A model generated the notes under the pieces. It saw nothing but the letters and a program-made list of their open reading frames with translations. It did no database searches and had not been told where the DNA came from. Of a stretch of DNA of 64,000 nt, positions 52,392-62,736 are shown in pieces. The DNA comes from Methanocellales archaeon. Its GTDB lineage: Archaea > Halobacteriota > UBA148. Made by a program: the position numbers and the translations under genes. How positions within the stretch are numbered: the stretch's first letter is position 1; every line of letters starts with the position of its first letter. The stretch is taken from assembly GCA_030019435.1 (NCBI GenBank), contig JASEEV010000001.1:28064-92063 (forward strand), in the 5' to 3' direction.

Positions 52392-52418
52392 GGCTTCTGC
52401 CCTTTTTTTATTTTTTAG
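52391..52418. terminator. Hairpin plus oligo-T tract between convergent vhoC and apbE
   Basis: GGGCUUCUGCCC stem-loop followed by TTTTTTTATTTTTT. Confidence 0.5.
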
Positions 52419-52419
52419 T

Positions 52420-53448
52420 TCATAAGCCACTAGATCTCAGTATTTTTCCGTCATTCGTTATTATCAATGCCTCTGCACCTACTCTTTCCACCAGATCCAT
52501 GCCCTCTTCTGCTCCCAGCACAAATACGGCAGTTGACAACGCATCCGCATCCATTGCATTTTCAGCAATGATGGTTACGCTGCTCAGGGACTGAGCAGGA
52601 TAACCAGTTCTTGGATTTATGATGTGAGGTGTTGTTTCCTCATTGAGATATCTCTCATAATTTCCACTAGTTGCAATTGCTTTATCGCAGAGCTCGATGG
52701 TCGTTATACATTCCTTCTTGTCCTCTGGATTACGCAGGGCAACTCTCCAAGGCACTCCATCTGCCTTATCCCCAATGGTCCTGATATCTCCACCTGCGCT
52801 CACTATTGCATGCTCTATGCCGTTCTGCTTCAGAACTTCAATTGCCTTGTCCACAGCGTACCCCTTCGCGATTCCACCAAGCGTTATGCCCATGCCATCC
52901 TTTTTGAATCGTATATTTCCATCCTCGATGACGATGTTCTCATGATCGAGCAACTCCAACGTCTCCTCGATTTCCGCTTCTGCCGGAATGCCCTTCTTCC
53001 ATAGCTCTAGGATGGGCAAGACGGCAATGCTGAACGCTCCATCGCTCAGCTCAGAATGATGATTCGCCCTTTCGATGACATGTATGGTATCTGCACTTGC
53101 CCCTTCATAAAAGCCATTTCGGTTGAGAACGCCCACCTCGCTATTCTCTTTGTAAACGCTCATCAAATCGTTGATCTTATACATCTCATCAAAGGCGAGA
53201 TCCATTGCCTTCTTAGCATTCTCTACATCGGAATGTATCACCGCCATCATCACGGATGTCCCCATTATGCTATGCGTGCTCTCTAGGATGTATGGTTTCT
53301 CTTTGCCTCCTAGCCAGAGCTTGCCACCAGTCAGAAGCGTCAAGGCAAGGGCGACGCAGCCTTTTATAAACTCCCTCCTATTGATCATCTTACCCCTCCG
53401 ATCGCATTTCTGGGACATTTTTCCACGCAGATGCCGCAACCGTTGCAT
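52420..53448 (-). CDS. apbE: FAD:protein FMN transferase (ApbE family) with Tat signal
   Basis: RREFIKGCVALALTLL twin-arginine signal; ApbE core (GGIAKGYAVD, ATSGNYER). Confidence 0.8.
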   Translation of the reverse strand: MQRLRHLRGKMSQKCDRRGKMINRREFIKGCVALALTLLTGGKLWLGGKEKPYILESTHSIMGTSVMMAVIHSDVENAKKAMDLAFDEMYKINDLMSVYKENSEVGVLNRNGFYEGASADTIHVIERANHHSELSDGAFSIAVLPILELWKKGIPAEAEIEETLELLDHENIVIEDGNIRFKKDGMGITLGGIAKGYAVDKAIEVLKQNGIEHAIVSAGGDIRTIGDKADGVPWRVALRNPEDKKECITTIELCDKAIATSGNYERYLNEETTPHIINPRTGYPAQSLSSVTIIAENAMDADALSTAVFVLGAEEGMDLVERVGAEALIITNDGKILRSSGL

Positions 53449-54116
53449 CGCTCCTGGTCGATTACGGCCAGATTATTCGTAAGCGTTATCGCCTCAGAAG
53501 GACATGCTTTCACACAGATGCCGCAGCCTATACAACCGAATTCGCAGATTTCCTTTACATATTTGCCTTTATCCTGTGATGAGCATAGCACGTAAACCTC
53601 GCTGAGCTTTGCCATCACCAAAATACCCTTCGGACATGCATCCACGCACAGACCGCATCCCCTGCATGCATATTCATCGACCACCGGTAGCCCGTCTTCA
53701 TTGATGCTAAGGGCATCAAAAGGACATGCTTTCACACAACTACCATGTCCTATGCAGCCATAGGAACAAGCCTTCTCCATTTCCGAGATCAGCATAGCTG
53801 CTCTGCAATCCTCCACACCATCGTACCGGAATATGCTAATGCAGTTTACCCCGCCGTTGCACAGAGTGATGGGAACCTCTTTCTCCTTTTCCTCGACAGA
53901 AACACCCATGATCTCTCCGATCGATTTTATAGAGGCAAAGCTAGCAGAGGTACAAACGTTTGGTGAGAGCTCTCTCTTAGCGATGCGTTCGGCAGCGGCA
54001 ACACATCCAGCATATCCACACGCGCCACAGTTAGCACCAGGCAAGAGTTCTAGTATTGCCTCCATTTTTGGGTCTATCTCGACATGGAATTTCCTCGATG
54101 CCCACACCAACATCAT
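53385..54116 (-). CDS. rnfB: Rnf complex subunit B (polyferredoxin)
   Basis: LPGANCGACGYAGC plus multiple CxxCxxCxxxCP ferredoxin motifs. The upstream in-frame codons encode the expected N-terminal TM helix (ILVESIAVLGIVGLGCS), so the true start lies upstream of the first ATG, probably a non-ATG start. Confidence 0.8.
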   Translation of the reverse strand: MMLVWASRKFHVEIDPKMEAILELLPGANCGACGYAGCVAAAERIAKRELSPNVCTSASFASIKSIGEIMGVSVEEKEKEVPITLCNGGVNCISIFRYDGVEDCRAAMLISEMEKACSYGCIGHGSCVKACPFDALSINEDGLPVVDEYACRGCGLCVDACPKGILVMAKLSEVYVLCSSQDKGKYVKEICEFGCIGCGICVKACPSEAITLTNNLAVIDQERCNGCGICVEKCPRNAIGGVR

Positions 54117-54160
54117 GCTACATCCAAGTCCTACGATGCCCAGAACTGCGATGGATTCGA

Positions 54161-54757
54161 CTAGAATTTTATCACCCCAAAGTAGTTCACGATGATCAGT
54201 GATAGCAGCGCAGCAACGAAAAATGCGCCGGTAAATCCCTCAAATAGGTCAACGCCTCTTTGCCATAATTTTTCTCTTATTCCAGACGTAACGAGCATGA
54301 TCAAGCCATATCCAAGTCCAGCGCTGATGCCATATACGATGCTCCCAGCATAGGAAAAATCTTGTCTGACGTTCAGCAGGACGACACCAAGTACGGCACA
54401 ATTGGTCGTTATCAAGGGCAAATATATCCCCAGTGATCTATACAACGCTGGCTTGTGTTTCCTGATGATGAACTCTGTCAGCTGAACAAAAGATGCGATC
54501 ACCAGGATGAAGCAGATCGTTTCTAGGAACTCCAAACCATGAGGGGCTAAGATGAAGTGGAAAATGGGCCATGTGATGATCGATGCCATCATCATGACGA
54601 AGGTTACAGCCACTGACATGCCTACTGAGCTAGTGGTTTCCTTGGTCAGTCCCAGGAAAGAGCACAGTCCAAGGAAGTAAACTAACAGAAAGTTCTTTGT
54701 GAATATTCCTGTCATCACTATCTCAAGCAAGTTTTCGGTTGGAAGCAAGCTTGGCAT
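54161..54757 (-). CDS. rnfA: Rnf complex subunit A
   Basis: 198-aa polytopic membrane protein of the RnfA/NqrE family. Confidence 0.8.
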   Translation of the reverse strand: MPSLLPTENLLEIVMTGIFTKNFLLVYFLGLCSFLGLTKETTSSVGMSVAVTFVMMMASIITWPIFHFILAPHGLEFLETICFILVIASFVQLTEFIIRKHKPALYRSLGIYLPLITTNCAVLGVVLLNVRQDFSYAGSIVYGISAGLGYGLIMLVTSGIREKLWQRGVDLFEGFTGAFFVAALLSLIIVNYFGVIKF

Positions 54758-54759
54758 AT

Positions 54760-55437
54760 TCAGTCACCTCTCCCTCTCTTCTCCCTTATCTTCTTTCCTA
54801 CAAAATTGAAGAAAAACATAAGCGCACCTATCGTGAAGAACGCTCCAGGGGGAAGGATCATAACCGTGGCGGGCTCAATGGGTATGTGCAACGTAGCCAG
54901 TTCTAGGAAGCCAAGCTGTCCGTTTTCCAACAGCCATAGCATAACAAACGTGATCTTTCCAGTCCCCAGTAACTCTCTGATACCCCCGATCAGCGTCAAC
55001 ACCAGGATGAAGCCAACTGATATTCCCAATGCATCTGCTATTGATGGGAGAACTGGATTTCTATTGGCATATGCCTCCGCCCTTCCGATGACGATACAGT
55101 TCACCACGATCAACGGAACAAATATCCCCAGGGCTTCGTACAAAGGTGGCAGATAGGCTTCTATGACCATATCCACGATCGTGACAAAGGTGCCGATGAC
55201 CACGATAAAAATGGGCAATCGTACAATAGAGGGAATTTGCTTCCTTAGCAAGGATATGAACAAGTTGGATCCAAGCATCACGAAAGTGAAAGCCAGCCCC
55301 ATGCCCAGCCCATTTTCAAAAGATGTGGTCACCGCTAGAGTCGGGCATATGCCAAGCACCAAACAAAAGACTGGATTGTCTTTTATTATCCCTCTTACAA
55401 GCTCGCTTGAGAGGCTTCGTCTTTCCTCCATGTTCAA
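54760..55437 (-). CDS. rnfE: Rnf complex subunit E
   Basis: 225-aa polytopic membrane protein, RnfE/NqrD family. Confidence 0.8.
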   Translation of the reverse strand: MNMEERRSLSSELVRGIIKDNPVFCLVLGICPTLAVTTSFENGLGMGLAFTFVMLGSNLFISLLRKQIPSIVRLPIFIVVIGTFVTIVDMVIEAYLPPLYEALGIFVPLIVVNCIVIGRAEAYANRNPVLPSIADALGISVGFILVLTLIGGIRELLGTGKITFVMLWLLENGQLGFLELATLHIPIEPATVMILPPGAFFTIGALMFFFNFVGKKIREKRGRGD

Positions 55438-56189
55438 TCCCTCTGAATCTCCTCTATTTTATTTCTCATGGCATCCACGACCGCTTGCGAGGATATGGTG
55501 GCACCAGTAATGGCATCGATCTTGCCATCATCTTTCGTCAGCCTCAACTCCTCTATTGTAACACCTCTGAACTGCTCTTGGAACTCTGGCTCCGCTATCT
55601 TGGCACCCAGCCCAGGGGTTTCAAGATGACGTACTATCGTTACGCCCGTAACCCTATAGTCTAGGTCAATGCCACCCGCGATCTTTATGACATCCTGGCA
55701 GCCCATTATCTCAGAGTAGAACGCATAGCCCACCAGGTTCCCAGCATCATCATACGCCTCATAATATATCGCCTCCTCACTTTCGTCCATCACCGCTTTA
55801 AAGCTAGTTGCACCAGAGACGACCCTTGAGAATATCTCGCTCTCCACCCCAGCAGAAGTAATCTTCAGCTGCTCCTGAGTGGCCTCATACGTTACGGCCA
55901 ATGCGGCTGCAGCCACTATTACGATGAGTGTCAACTTAGCTATCGTTCCTATCGCCTCGATGAGTTCATCTGTAACGCCGAACGTCTCTCTCAACGACCC
56001 CGTTCTCTTGTAATCAGCGTATATCCCATATAATAGCGATAGCACACCTAGCATGATCAGGAACATTCCAAAACCCATGACCATCATCGTGGTCATGGAA
56101 TGGCCCACCATAAACACCAAGATGCACAACGCTCCGATGATCCCGAGCAACAGCGCCGCATAATAGAATTTTAGCTCCTTCTCAACCAT
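55434..56189 (-). CDS. rnfG: Rnf complex subunit G (FMN-binding)
   Basis: N-terminal TM anchor and flavinylation motif region (TGATISS). Confidence 0.8.
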   Translation of the reverse strand: MVEKELKFYYAALLLGIIGALCILVFMVGHSMTTMMVMGFGMFLIMLGVLSLLYGIYADYKRTGSLRETFGVTDELIEAIGTIAKLTLIVIVAAAALAVTYEATQEQLKITSAGVESEIFSRVVSGATSFKAVMDESEEAIYYEAYDDAGNLVGYAFYSEIMGCQDVIKIAGGIDLDYRVTGVTIVRHLETPGLGAKIAEPEFQEQFRGVTIEELRLTKDDGKIDAITGATISSQAVVDAMRNKIEEIQRD

Positions 56190-57028
56190 GATCTTTCACC
56201 CGGCTTGGTATATCTATCTATTAAGGGTGTGAAACAGTTCATCAACAAGATCGAGTAGCAAATGCCCTCAAAATAATTGCCAAAGTGCCCATATATGATG
56301 ATCAACGTTGCGCAGCCTGCGCCGAAAATAAATCGTCCGTTCTTCGTCACTGGTGTCGTCGAATGATCAGTGGCGAGGAAAAAAGCACCCAATATCAGAC
56401 CACCGGTGAAGATCGATGAGGCATCTATGCGAAGCAACAATGCCGACAGTGCTACGATCGCAATAAAGCTCAGCGGAATTCTCCAGTCGATGTATTTTTT
56501 GTACAATAAATATAGAGCTCCAATCATAGCAAGTGGCGATGTCTCCACCAGCCTACTGGCGCCGTACTCTAGGACGTATGGTAGCGTAGTACTAAATCGT
56601 GGAATGGGCGCAGGAATCATCAGTGTGGGCCATGCCATCATCAAAAAAGCAAATCCTATCAACGATGGGTTAAACATGGTGTGCCCAAGACCTCCGAAGG
56701 CATGTTTTGCAAATACTATGGCGATGATCACTCCAACAATGGGTATCCAGAGCGGAACATTTGGAGGAAGGAGTAATGCCAGCAATAAACCAATGAGCAC
56801 CGCACTACCGTCTCTGATGGTTATCCTTTTATTCGACGTTTTCTGAACGATCGTCTCCGTCAAAACTGCGGTGAACACGCTCATCAAAACAATATATAGA
56901 GCGGGCAATCCAAAGACGTATACTGCTACGATGGCTACTGGAAGCAACGCGATGACTGCGCTCCACATGATTTTTTCTACGCTTATGTCCTCCCTGATGT
57001 GTGGTGGCGCTGAGACGACCAGCTTCAT
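56171..57028 (-). CDS. rnfD: Rnf complex subunit D
   Basis: RnfD/NqrB family membrane protein; 285 aa. Confidence 0.8.
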   Translation of the reverse strand: MKLVVSAPPHIREDISVEKIMWSAVIALLPVAIVAVYVFGLPALYIVLMSVFTAVLTETIVQKTSNKRITIRDGSAVLIGLLLALLLPPNVPLWIPIVGVIIAIVFAKHAFGGLGHTMFNPSLIGFAFLMMAWPTLMIPAPIPRFSTTLPYVLEYGASRLVETSPLAMIGALYLLYKKYIDWRIPLSFIAIVALSALLLRIDASSIFTGGLILGAFFLATDHSTTPVTKNGRFIFGAGCATLIIIYGHFGNYFEGICYSILLMNCFTPLIDRYTKPGERSWLRRS

Positions 57029-58128
57029 TCCTCTCCCTCGAGCTCTGCTTTAGCATATTTTATCAGCTGTACTATGGGTATCTTGGATGGGCATGCATAG
57101 GCGCAAGCACCACACTCCACGCAATCCACCACCCTATACGTTGCACAGATGTCAAATCTGGCATTGTCCGCAGATGTTGCTAGCACGTTTGGTAACAGAT
57201 TCATCGGACACACATCAACACATCTAGCACAGTCAATGCACGGCTGCGTTTCTTCCATCTGGACATCATACTGAATCAATATTCCATACGTCCCTTTGAT
57301 GACAGGCACCTCGTCCGTAGGCTGAGCTACGCCGGTCATTGGACCATTGACGATGATCTTCTTTGGCTCACCTTTATAGCCACCGCAATGTTCAATTATG
57401 CTTCTCAAGGGGGTGCCTATTCTTGCCAATACATTTTGTGTTTCCCTTGCACCTGTTACCGTAACCACGGTCTCAATCAAAGGCTTGCCCATGAATACTG
57501 CATCATACACCGCTTTTGCCATTCCGACAGTGCTAACCATTGCCTCTGCATCTCGGATGATCGCATGTTTCAGCAGATCCTCCATCCCTTGTGTATAAGT
57601 GGTTTTTAATGGGATCGTTTCTATACCTCCCTCCCTCGTGGCATTCATGATCTCCATCGCATCTGAATCGCTGACGCCGATTCCAATGATGCCACGGGAT
57701 GCGCCCGTAGCCTTCATCAGAATCTTCAGCCCTTTTATTATTTCGTCTGGATACTCCAACATGAGTGCATGATTTGCCGTCACATATGGCTTTTCGTCTG
57801 TGCCATTCAAGATGACTATGTCTGATGGGCTTAGCTCAGCAGGGATCCCCGCCTCCTTTATGATTTGTTTTATCTCATCAGGGGAAGGATTCTTCTTCGG
57901 TTGAAATTCAACTGAGACATCCCCACTGGTTTTGATGACCGCGCTCAGTACACTTTTACCAAATGGGTGCGGTAGTTTGGAAATTGCAACCACTTCTCCT
58001 GAAACACTCGAATGCTCGCCTTCACCGATCTTCTGACCAACTTTCACCATCTCACCAACATCGACCAAAGGCTCACTTACCGGAATGACCACTTTCTCAG
58101 GCATCTTCATAGTCGTGATTTGCTTCAT
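57025..58128 (-). CDS. rnfC: Rnf complex subunit C
   Basis: NADH/flavin-binding-like domain and two C-terminal [4Fe-4S] motifs (CIDCARCVDVCP, CVECGACAYACP). Confidence 0.85.
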   Translation of the reverse strand: MKQITTMKMPEKVVIPVSEPLVDVGEMVKVGQKIGEGEHSSVSGEVVAISKLPHPFGKSVLSAVIKTSGDVSVEFQPKKNPSPDEIKQIIKEAGIPAELSPSDIVILNGTDEKPYVTANHALMLEYPDEIIKGLKILMKATGASRGIIGIGVSDSDAMEIMNATREGGIETIPLKTTYTQGMEDLLKHAIIRDAEAMVSTVGMAKAVYDAVFMGKPLIETVVTVTGARETQNVLARIGTPLRSIIEHCGGYKGEPKKIIVNGPMTGVAQPTDEVPVIKGTYGILIQYDVQMEETQPCIDCARCVDVCPMNLLPNVLATSADNARFDICATYRVVDCVECGACAYACPSKIPIVQLIKYAKAELEGEE

Positions 58129-58170
58129 ATCAAGGATTTTGTATGCAGGACTGCATTATATATCTAACTA

Positions 58171-58824
58171 TTAATCGTTATGTTTAGGGTGTCTTAGCAA
58201 AGCGATTGGCAGATACGGCAGAGCGATGCTAATTTTTAGCATTTTCTTGCAGATCGACAAATCCTCTTGCGTGTTCACATTAACCGCCAGCACTGGATCA
58301 TCCATTATGAGCAAGTGTTCATCTTGCTCCTCTCTTATCAAGCGCCCGTCCAAGATGTTCACGCCCACGGGTACGATCAATTGTCCGTCTCTATTCAGCA
58401 CGGTATCAGGGCGTCTGCCGATCGCATCACAAACTGTAAGGGGAACATAAACCGATAGTGCTGGCTTGTTCATCTTCCAGTAAACATCGATGACCTCGTC
58501 GATTAGCTTTGCATCTAGAAGGGGCAGATCAGACATCACGATGAGAAATGGTGATTTTAGTCCTATGATCTCCGTCGCTTCTACTAAATCGGACACATAT
58601 CCGATGCCCTTCGTCTCGATGACCTTTATGTGCGTATCTTCCAGACGCTCTCTTGTTTTCATCGTATAGGGTGAGGTTGCGACAAAAATTTCATCGACTT
58701 TCTCGCTTTGGTGAAGCGCATCCAACACATACGATATCATCGGTCTTCCGCGCAAATACATCAGTGGCTTCTCTCCTTTGCTCAACCTGGCTCCAGGACC
58801 TCCCGCCATCACAAGAGCGTCCAT
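58171..58824 (-). CDS. cobY: Adenosylcobinamide-phosphate guanylyltransferase (archaeal CobY-type NTP transferase)
   Basis: MobA-like NTP-transferase fold (MDALVMAGGPGARL); position at the head of the cobS-cobZ-cbiB-cobD cluster. Confidence 0.6.
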   Translation of the reverse strand: MDALVMAGGPGARLSKGEKPLMYLRGRPMISYVLDALHQSEKVDEIFVATSPYTMKTRERLEDTHIKVIETKGIGYVSDLVEATEIIGLKSPFLIVMSDLPLLDAKLIDEVIDVYWKMNKPALSVYVPLTVCDAIGRRPDTVLNRDGQLIVPVGVNILDGRLIREEQDEHLLIMDDPVLAVNVNTQEDLSICKKMLKISIALPYLPIALLRHPKHND

Positions 58825-59552
58825 GCCGCTCCCCCCACAACCAACGCTACTATGCGCCCCATTTCATTGATCGCCCCGAGAACGTCCCCACAGATGCCTC
58901 CAAAGTTATGATTTGCCAGGTGCACGACGATTAGTGCAGATGAAAGTGAGGCGGATAACGCAACGACTCCTCCTATACCCAAAGCGAGCCAACAAACCAT
59001 CGTCGAAAAGACCAGTCCGATCAAGAAATCATGCTTGGTGACGTTATCAACGAATATGGACCCCAGTCCTTTGTGTATGCTCCTTCCGAACGTTGCTGCA
59101 GTAACCATGGATTGCTTGGCGCAAATCTCCGCCACCAGGAGTGCGAATAATATGTTTTGCTGGAGTGTAGCTATGGCAGAGAACAAAATCAGCAGCGACA
59201 TCATACAAAAAACACTTCCACCTACACCTATGGAGGGGTCACGCATGACCCTAATTTTTTCCTCCACAGAGTCGTGTGTCAGGAGAGCGTCTCCAAAGTC
59301 CATTAATCCGTCTAGATGGTTCAGTCCAGTGATGCAATATAAGACTACTATGAGTAAGGCGGAGCACAGATATGATGGCAAATGCTGTAGCACAAGTCCG
59401 ATGCATCCGACCACCAGACCGATGAGGGCGCCTATAAAAGGGAACACGTATGCATGTGCGCTCAGCTTTTGCATACCATCCACATCGATTCCTACTGGGA
59501 AGGTGGTGAGAAAGCCGATGCCGGCTTTTATCGCGGAGAAAAAGTCACTCAT
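58809..59552 (-). CDS. cobS: Adenosylcobinamide-GDP ribazoletransferase (cobalamin synthase)
   Basis: Polytopic membrane protein with CobS family features; 247 aa. Confidence 0.75.
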   Translation of the reverse strand: MSDFFSAIKAGIGFLTTFPVGIDVDGMQKLSAHAYVFPFIGALIGLVVGCIGLVLQHLPSYLCSALLIVVLYCITGLNHLDGLMDFGDALLTHDSVEEKIRVMRDPSIGVGGSVFCMMSLLILFSAIATLQQNILFALLVAEICAKQSMVTAATFGRSIHKGLGSIFVDNVTKHDFLIGLVFSTMVCWLALGIGGVVALSASLSSALIVVHLANHNFGGICGDVLGAINEMGRIVALVVGGAAWTLL

Positions 59553-60015
59553 TTTTATCCCTCTTTCTCATCCCCACATCATACATGTTCGCCGAGACAC
59601 CCCCTATAAGCCCAGCCACCACATCATCCATAAAAGGACCCATCTTGGCAACTATACCTGGCTTCGTCTTATCGCACCGAATGTACTCAAACAAGCCCTT
59701 ATATCCGCCTATGTATTTTGCAATGCTCATCCCCAGCACTTCGTCGGCGATCAGTGATGCGGCATCTAGATGATACCTCTCCCCCAAAGGGATCAATCCT
59801 TTAGCGCCATCTCTCTCAAGAACGATCCCAGCATAGATCAGAGCACATAGGTTCGGATCTGCTAATGCGTGCTCCAGTTCTCTTCCAAAGATCCTCCTCG
59901 CCTCCTCCTCGGTCTCAACTCCTGGGTGTGGTACATGCATCTGCATTGCAGCAGAGACGATTTTTTCAAGCGATATCCCAAATGATTCGAGCAAATCTTT
60001 AATGTTCGTCGACAT
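59545..60015 (-). CDS. cobZ: PgpA-family phosphatase, probable alpha-ribazole-phosphate phosphatase (archaeal CobZ)
   Basis: PgpA-like motif PFMDDVVAGLIGG; 156 aa; lies between cobS and cbiB as in Methanosarcina cobZ. Confidence 0.5.
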   Translation of the reverse strand: MSTNIKDLLESFGISLEKIVSAAMQMHVPHPGVETEEEARRIFGRELEHALADPNLCALIYAGIVLERDGAKGLIPLGERYHLDAASLIADEVLGMSIAKYIGGYKGLFEYIRCDKTKPGIVAKMGPFMDDVVAGLIGGVSANMYDVGMRKRDKNE

Positions 60016-60020
60016 CCCTC

Positions 60021-60908
60021 CTAATACAGTGGCAGATATACAAAATGGATGATCGCAAAGGACATGATTATTACAAACATCGTCGCCATTTCCATAATAC
60101 GTATGGCTCTTTTGATGTGATGTGATTCTGGCATGCCAAGACCACTGCCAAGTATATAATGGTCTGGCTTCTTAAGAGATATGCCCAGTGCACCAGCCAT
60201 CGCAGCCATCGGCCATCCAGGGTTCGGACCTTTTACTAATGCATGGTCTCTTCTCGATGTCTGCAGGGCAGAAAGGGGTGAACCATAGAAAATGGCTCCT
60301 GCCGAGATAAAGAGTATGGATAGCCTTGCTGGTATGTAGTTCACCATGTCGTCTAATCTTGCAGAGACGTACCCAAGCTCTCCTTGCCCGACCATGGAAT
60401 CAAGGGTGTTGACCGCCTTATACGCTAAAGCTCCTGGTAGTCCAAATAGCACGAAGTAAAATAGTGGCGAAAAAATTCCGTCCACGAAGTTTTCTGCAAC
60501 CGACTCTATGACTGCAGAGCTAATCTCTTTTTTTGATAGCTGCTCTGGATCCCTCCCGACCAGCTTGGGCAAATTCTCCTTAGCATTCTCAAGATCGTCA
60601 TTTTCTAGATGCGCTCCTATCATATTTGCCGTGTCTGCCAAGCAATTGATGGAGAACGTCGACTTTAGAACATATGCTGATATAAGCAAGCCGACGATCC
60701 CATGCATAAGGGTGACCAAATATCCTCCCAATGTAACACCGCCCACAACGATTAAAGCCAAAATCGCCCCACATATTTTTGACTTGTCCATGTGCGCTCG
60801 TAAACCATCTACAAGTTTACCGATCCATATCACTGGATGAATTTTTTCAGGAGGCTCTCCAAAAATGAGATCGATTATGATTGCAATTAGCAAGATCTCC
60901 CAGCTCAT
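60021..60908 (-). CDS. cbiB: Adenosylcobinamide-phosphate synthase
   Basis: CobD/CbiB family membrane protein (LIAIIIDLIFGEPPEKIHPVIWIGKLV). Confidence 0.8.
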   Translation of the reverse strand: MSWEILLIAIIIDLIFGEPPEKIHPVIWIGKLVDGLRAHMDKSKICGAILALIVVGGVTLGGYLVTLMHGIVGLLISAYVLKSTFSINCLADTANMIGAHLENDDLENAKENLPKLVGRDPEQLSKKEISSAVIESVAENFVDGIFSPLFYFVLFGLPGALAYKAVNTLDSMVGQGELGYVSARLDDMVNYIPARLSILFISAGAIFYGSPLSALQTSRRDHALVKGPNPGWPMAAMAGALGISLKKPDHYILGSGLGMPESHHIKRAIRIMEMATMFVIIMSFAIIHFVYLPLY

Positions 60909-62239
60909 AGTCGCCTCTCTATGATTTTCCAGACTTTGCTCAATTCATCACCTGCAAGTATGCTGTCCAATATCTCCTGTGCAACGTCTGCTTGGTGTAT
61001 TATCTCACAGTCAATGCAACTCCATGCAACGTCGCCAGATGATGTTTCCACGTACTTTCCAAGGCGCTCATCCTTGCAAGGGTAGAACGGGCAGAAGCAG
61101 AATGTACAATCCTGTCCTCTGAAATGACATGGATAGTGCTCACAACTCTCTCTCGCATTTGGATCGATGACCCGTTTTAGTGCGGCAACGAGTCCCTCGT
61201 TCTCTTTTCTCGTTCTCACAGCCACCCTGACATAATCCTCCCCTAACGATCTGAACGAGCTACAATTTCTTATCAGAAAACCATGATAAAGCATGCGCTC
61301 CGTCAGCTCGCTGGAGCTGAGACCAGTGCCATTAATATCAAGCAAGATGAAGTTCGCATCGCTTCGCAAGGGATGCACACCGTTAATTTCGCTCAATTGG
61401 TTTATCAACCATTTTCGCTCACTTTTTATCAGTTCACGCGACGTTTCCAAGTAATCAGATTTTTGAAAAAGGTAGATTCCAACTGCTTCAGCAAAACAGC
61501 TTAGATTCCATGAAAGTCGTGATTTATTCAGCAATTCGATCAGTTGGGCTGAGCCAACACCATATCCAATCCTAATTCCTGGAATGGCGAAGCACTTGGT
61601 CAGCGATCGCAACACAAAGACGAAATCCTCTTTGGCGGCAATATTACCGACGCTTTGCTTAGGATCAGAGAGCTCAATAAACGTTTCATCCACAAAGAGA
61701 GACGTCTCGTTTTGGATACAACGAGCTGCCAATTCTTCTAAACGAGAACGTGGAAGCAAGTCTCCAGTTGGATTGTTTGGGTTACATATGAAAAGGATCT
61801 TAGATTCCTCTAGCATTTCATCCGATATTTGATCGTTGATAGCCGAGTACTCAACGAACAGGGGTTTTGCACCGAACAATCTGCACTGAAACTCATACTC
61901 ACAAAAAGTTGGATATGGTATTATCACTTTGTCGCCATGTTCAACGATTACCTCAGCAAACAACCTGATTATCTCTACTGACCCATTTCCTGGGACTATG
62001 TTTTCACTGTGAACGCCGACAAAAGATGCCGCCGCTTCTCTAAACCTTACATATCGATCATCTGGATATCTATCGATGTTCTCGCACGCACCTAGCAATG
62101 TTTCCCTTATATCTGGCGGACCGATTGGATTGGTATTGGTGCTGAAGTCGATCATCTTTCCACTCTGCTCCATTACTTCTGGCACTCTCCCACCATGTAT
62201 GCATTGCGCTAACCCTAATACTTCTTTTCTGACCATCAT
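60905..62239 (-). CDS. cobD: L-threonine-O-3-phosphate decarboxylase with Cys-rich C-terminal extension
   Basis: Class I/II aminotransferase-fold core ([23 protein letters not shown]) plus a C-terminal tail of about 80 aa with 9 Cys ([23 protein letters not shown]...CIDC). Confidence 0.75.
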   Translation of the reverse strand: [444 protein letters not shown]

Positions 62240-62736
62240 AGGTCTGCACCCAATATTTTTGATATCACATCTAGCTCCACGCTCATTCTGAAAATCTCGA
62301 TGAACTCGTCCCTTGCAGAGACATATGGGACTACTCCTACGAACGGAACTCCAGTTTTTTCTTCCAAGAATAGAAGCCCTGGCTCCAGGAGCTTGCCATC
62401 ACCTCTGAATTTGTTGACCAAAAAGCCAGAGATACGCTGACCTTTTAGCAGTGCATACGTCCCATATAGCACGGCAAACACACCACCTCTCTCGATATCT
62501 CCGACCAAAACAACCGAAGCATCAGCCATGTCTGCAATCTTCACATCCGCCAGCTCAGCGCCCTCTAGGAGTATACAATCGTATTCGCATTGTGATTGCG
62601 CAATCACCTCCTCTATAGAGTCATGCTTATTCAGCGGGACGACACTGTAGCCTTTTTCGCTGAGTAACGTGCGTAACGCATCTATTATGGTGCTTTTTCC
62701 ACACCTTTTCGCACCTAAGAACATTATGTTGTTCAT
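62236..62736 (-). CDS. Small P-loop NTPase of the CobQ/CobB/MinD/ParA-like fold (166 aa)
   Basis: Walker A FLGAKRCGKST; no glutamine amidotransferase domain. Confidence 0.45.
   Translation of the reverse strand: MNNIMFLGAKRCGKSTIIDALRTLLSEKGYSVVPLNKHDSIEEVIAQSQCEYDCILLEGAELADVKIADMADASVVLVGDIERGGVFAVLYGTYALLKGQRISGFLVNKFRGDGKLLEPGLLFLEEKTGVPFVGVVPYVSARDEFIEIFRMSVELDVISKILGADL

Noticed and set aside
53385-54116. RnfB apparently lacking its N-terminal membrane anchor
   Set aside because: The upstream in-frame codons encode the expected hydrophobic helix, so this is a start-codon calling issue (a non-ATG start) and not a truncated gene.
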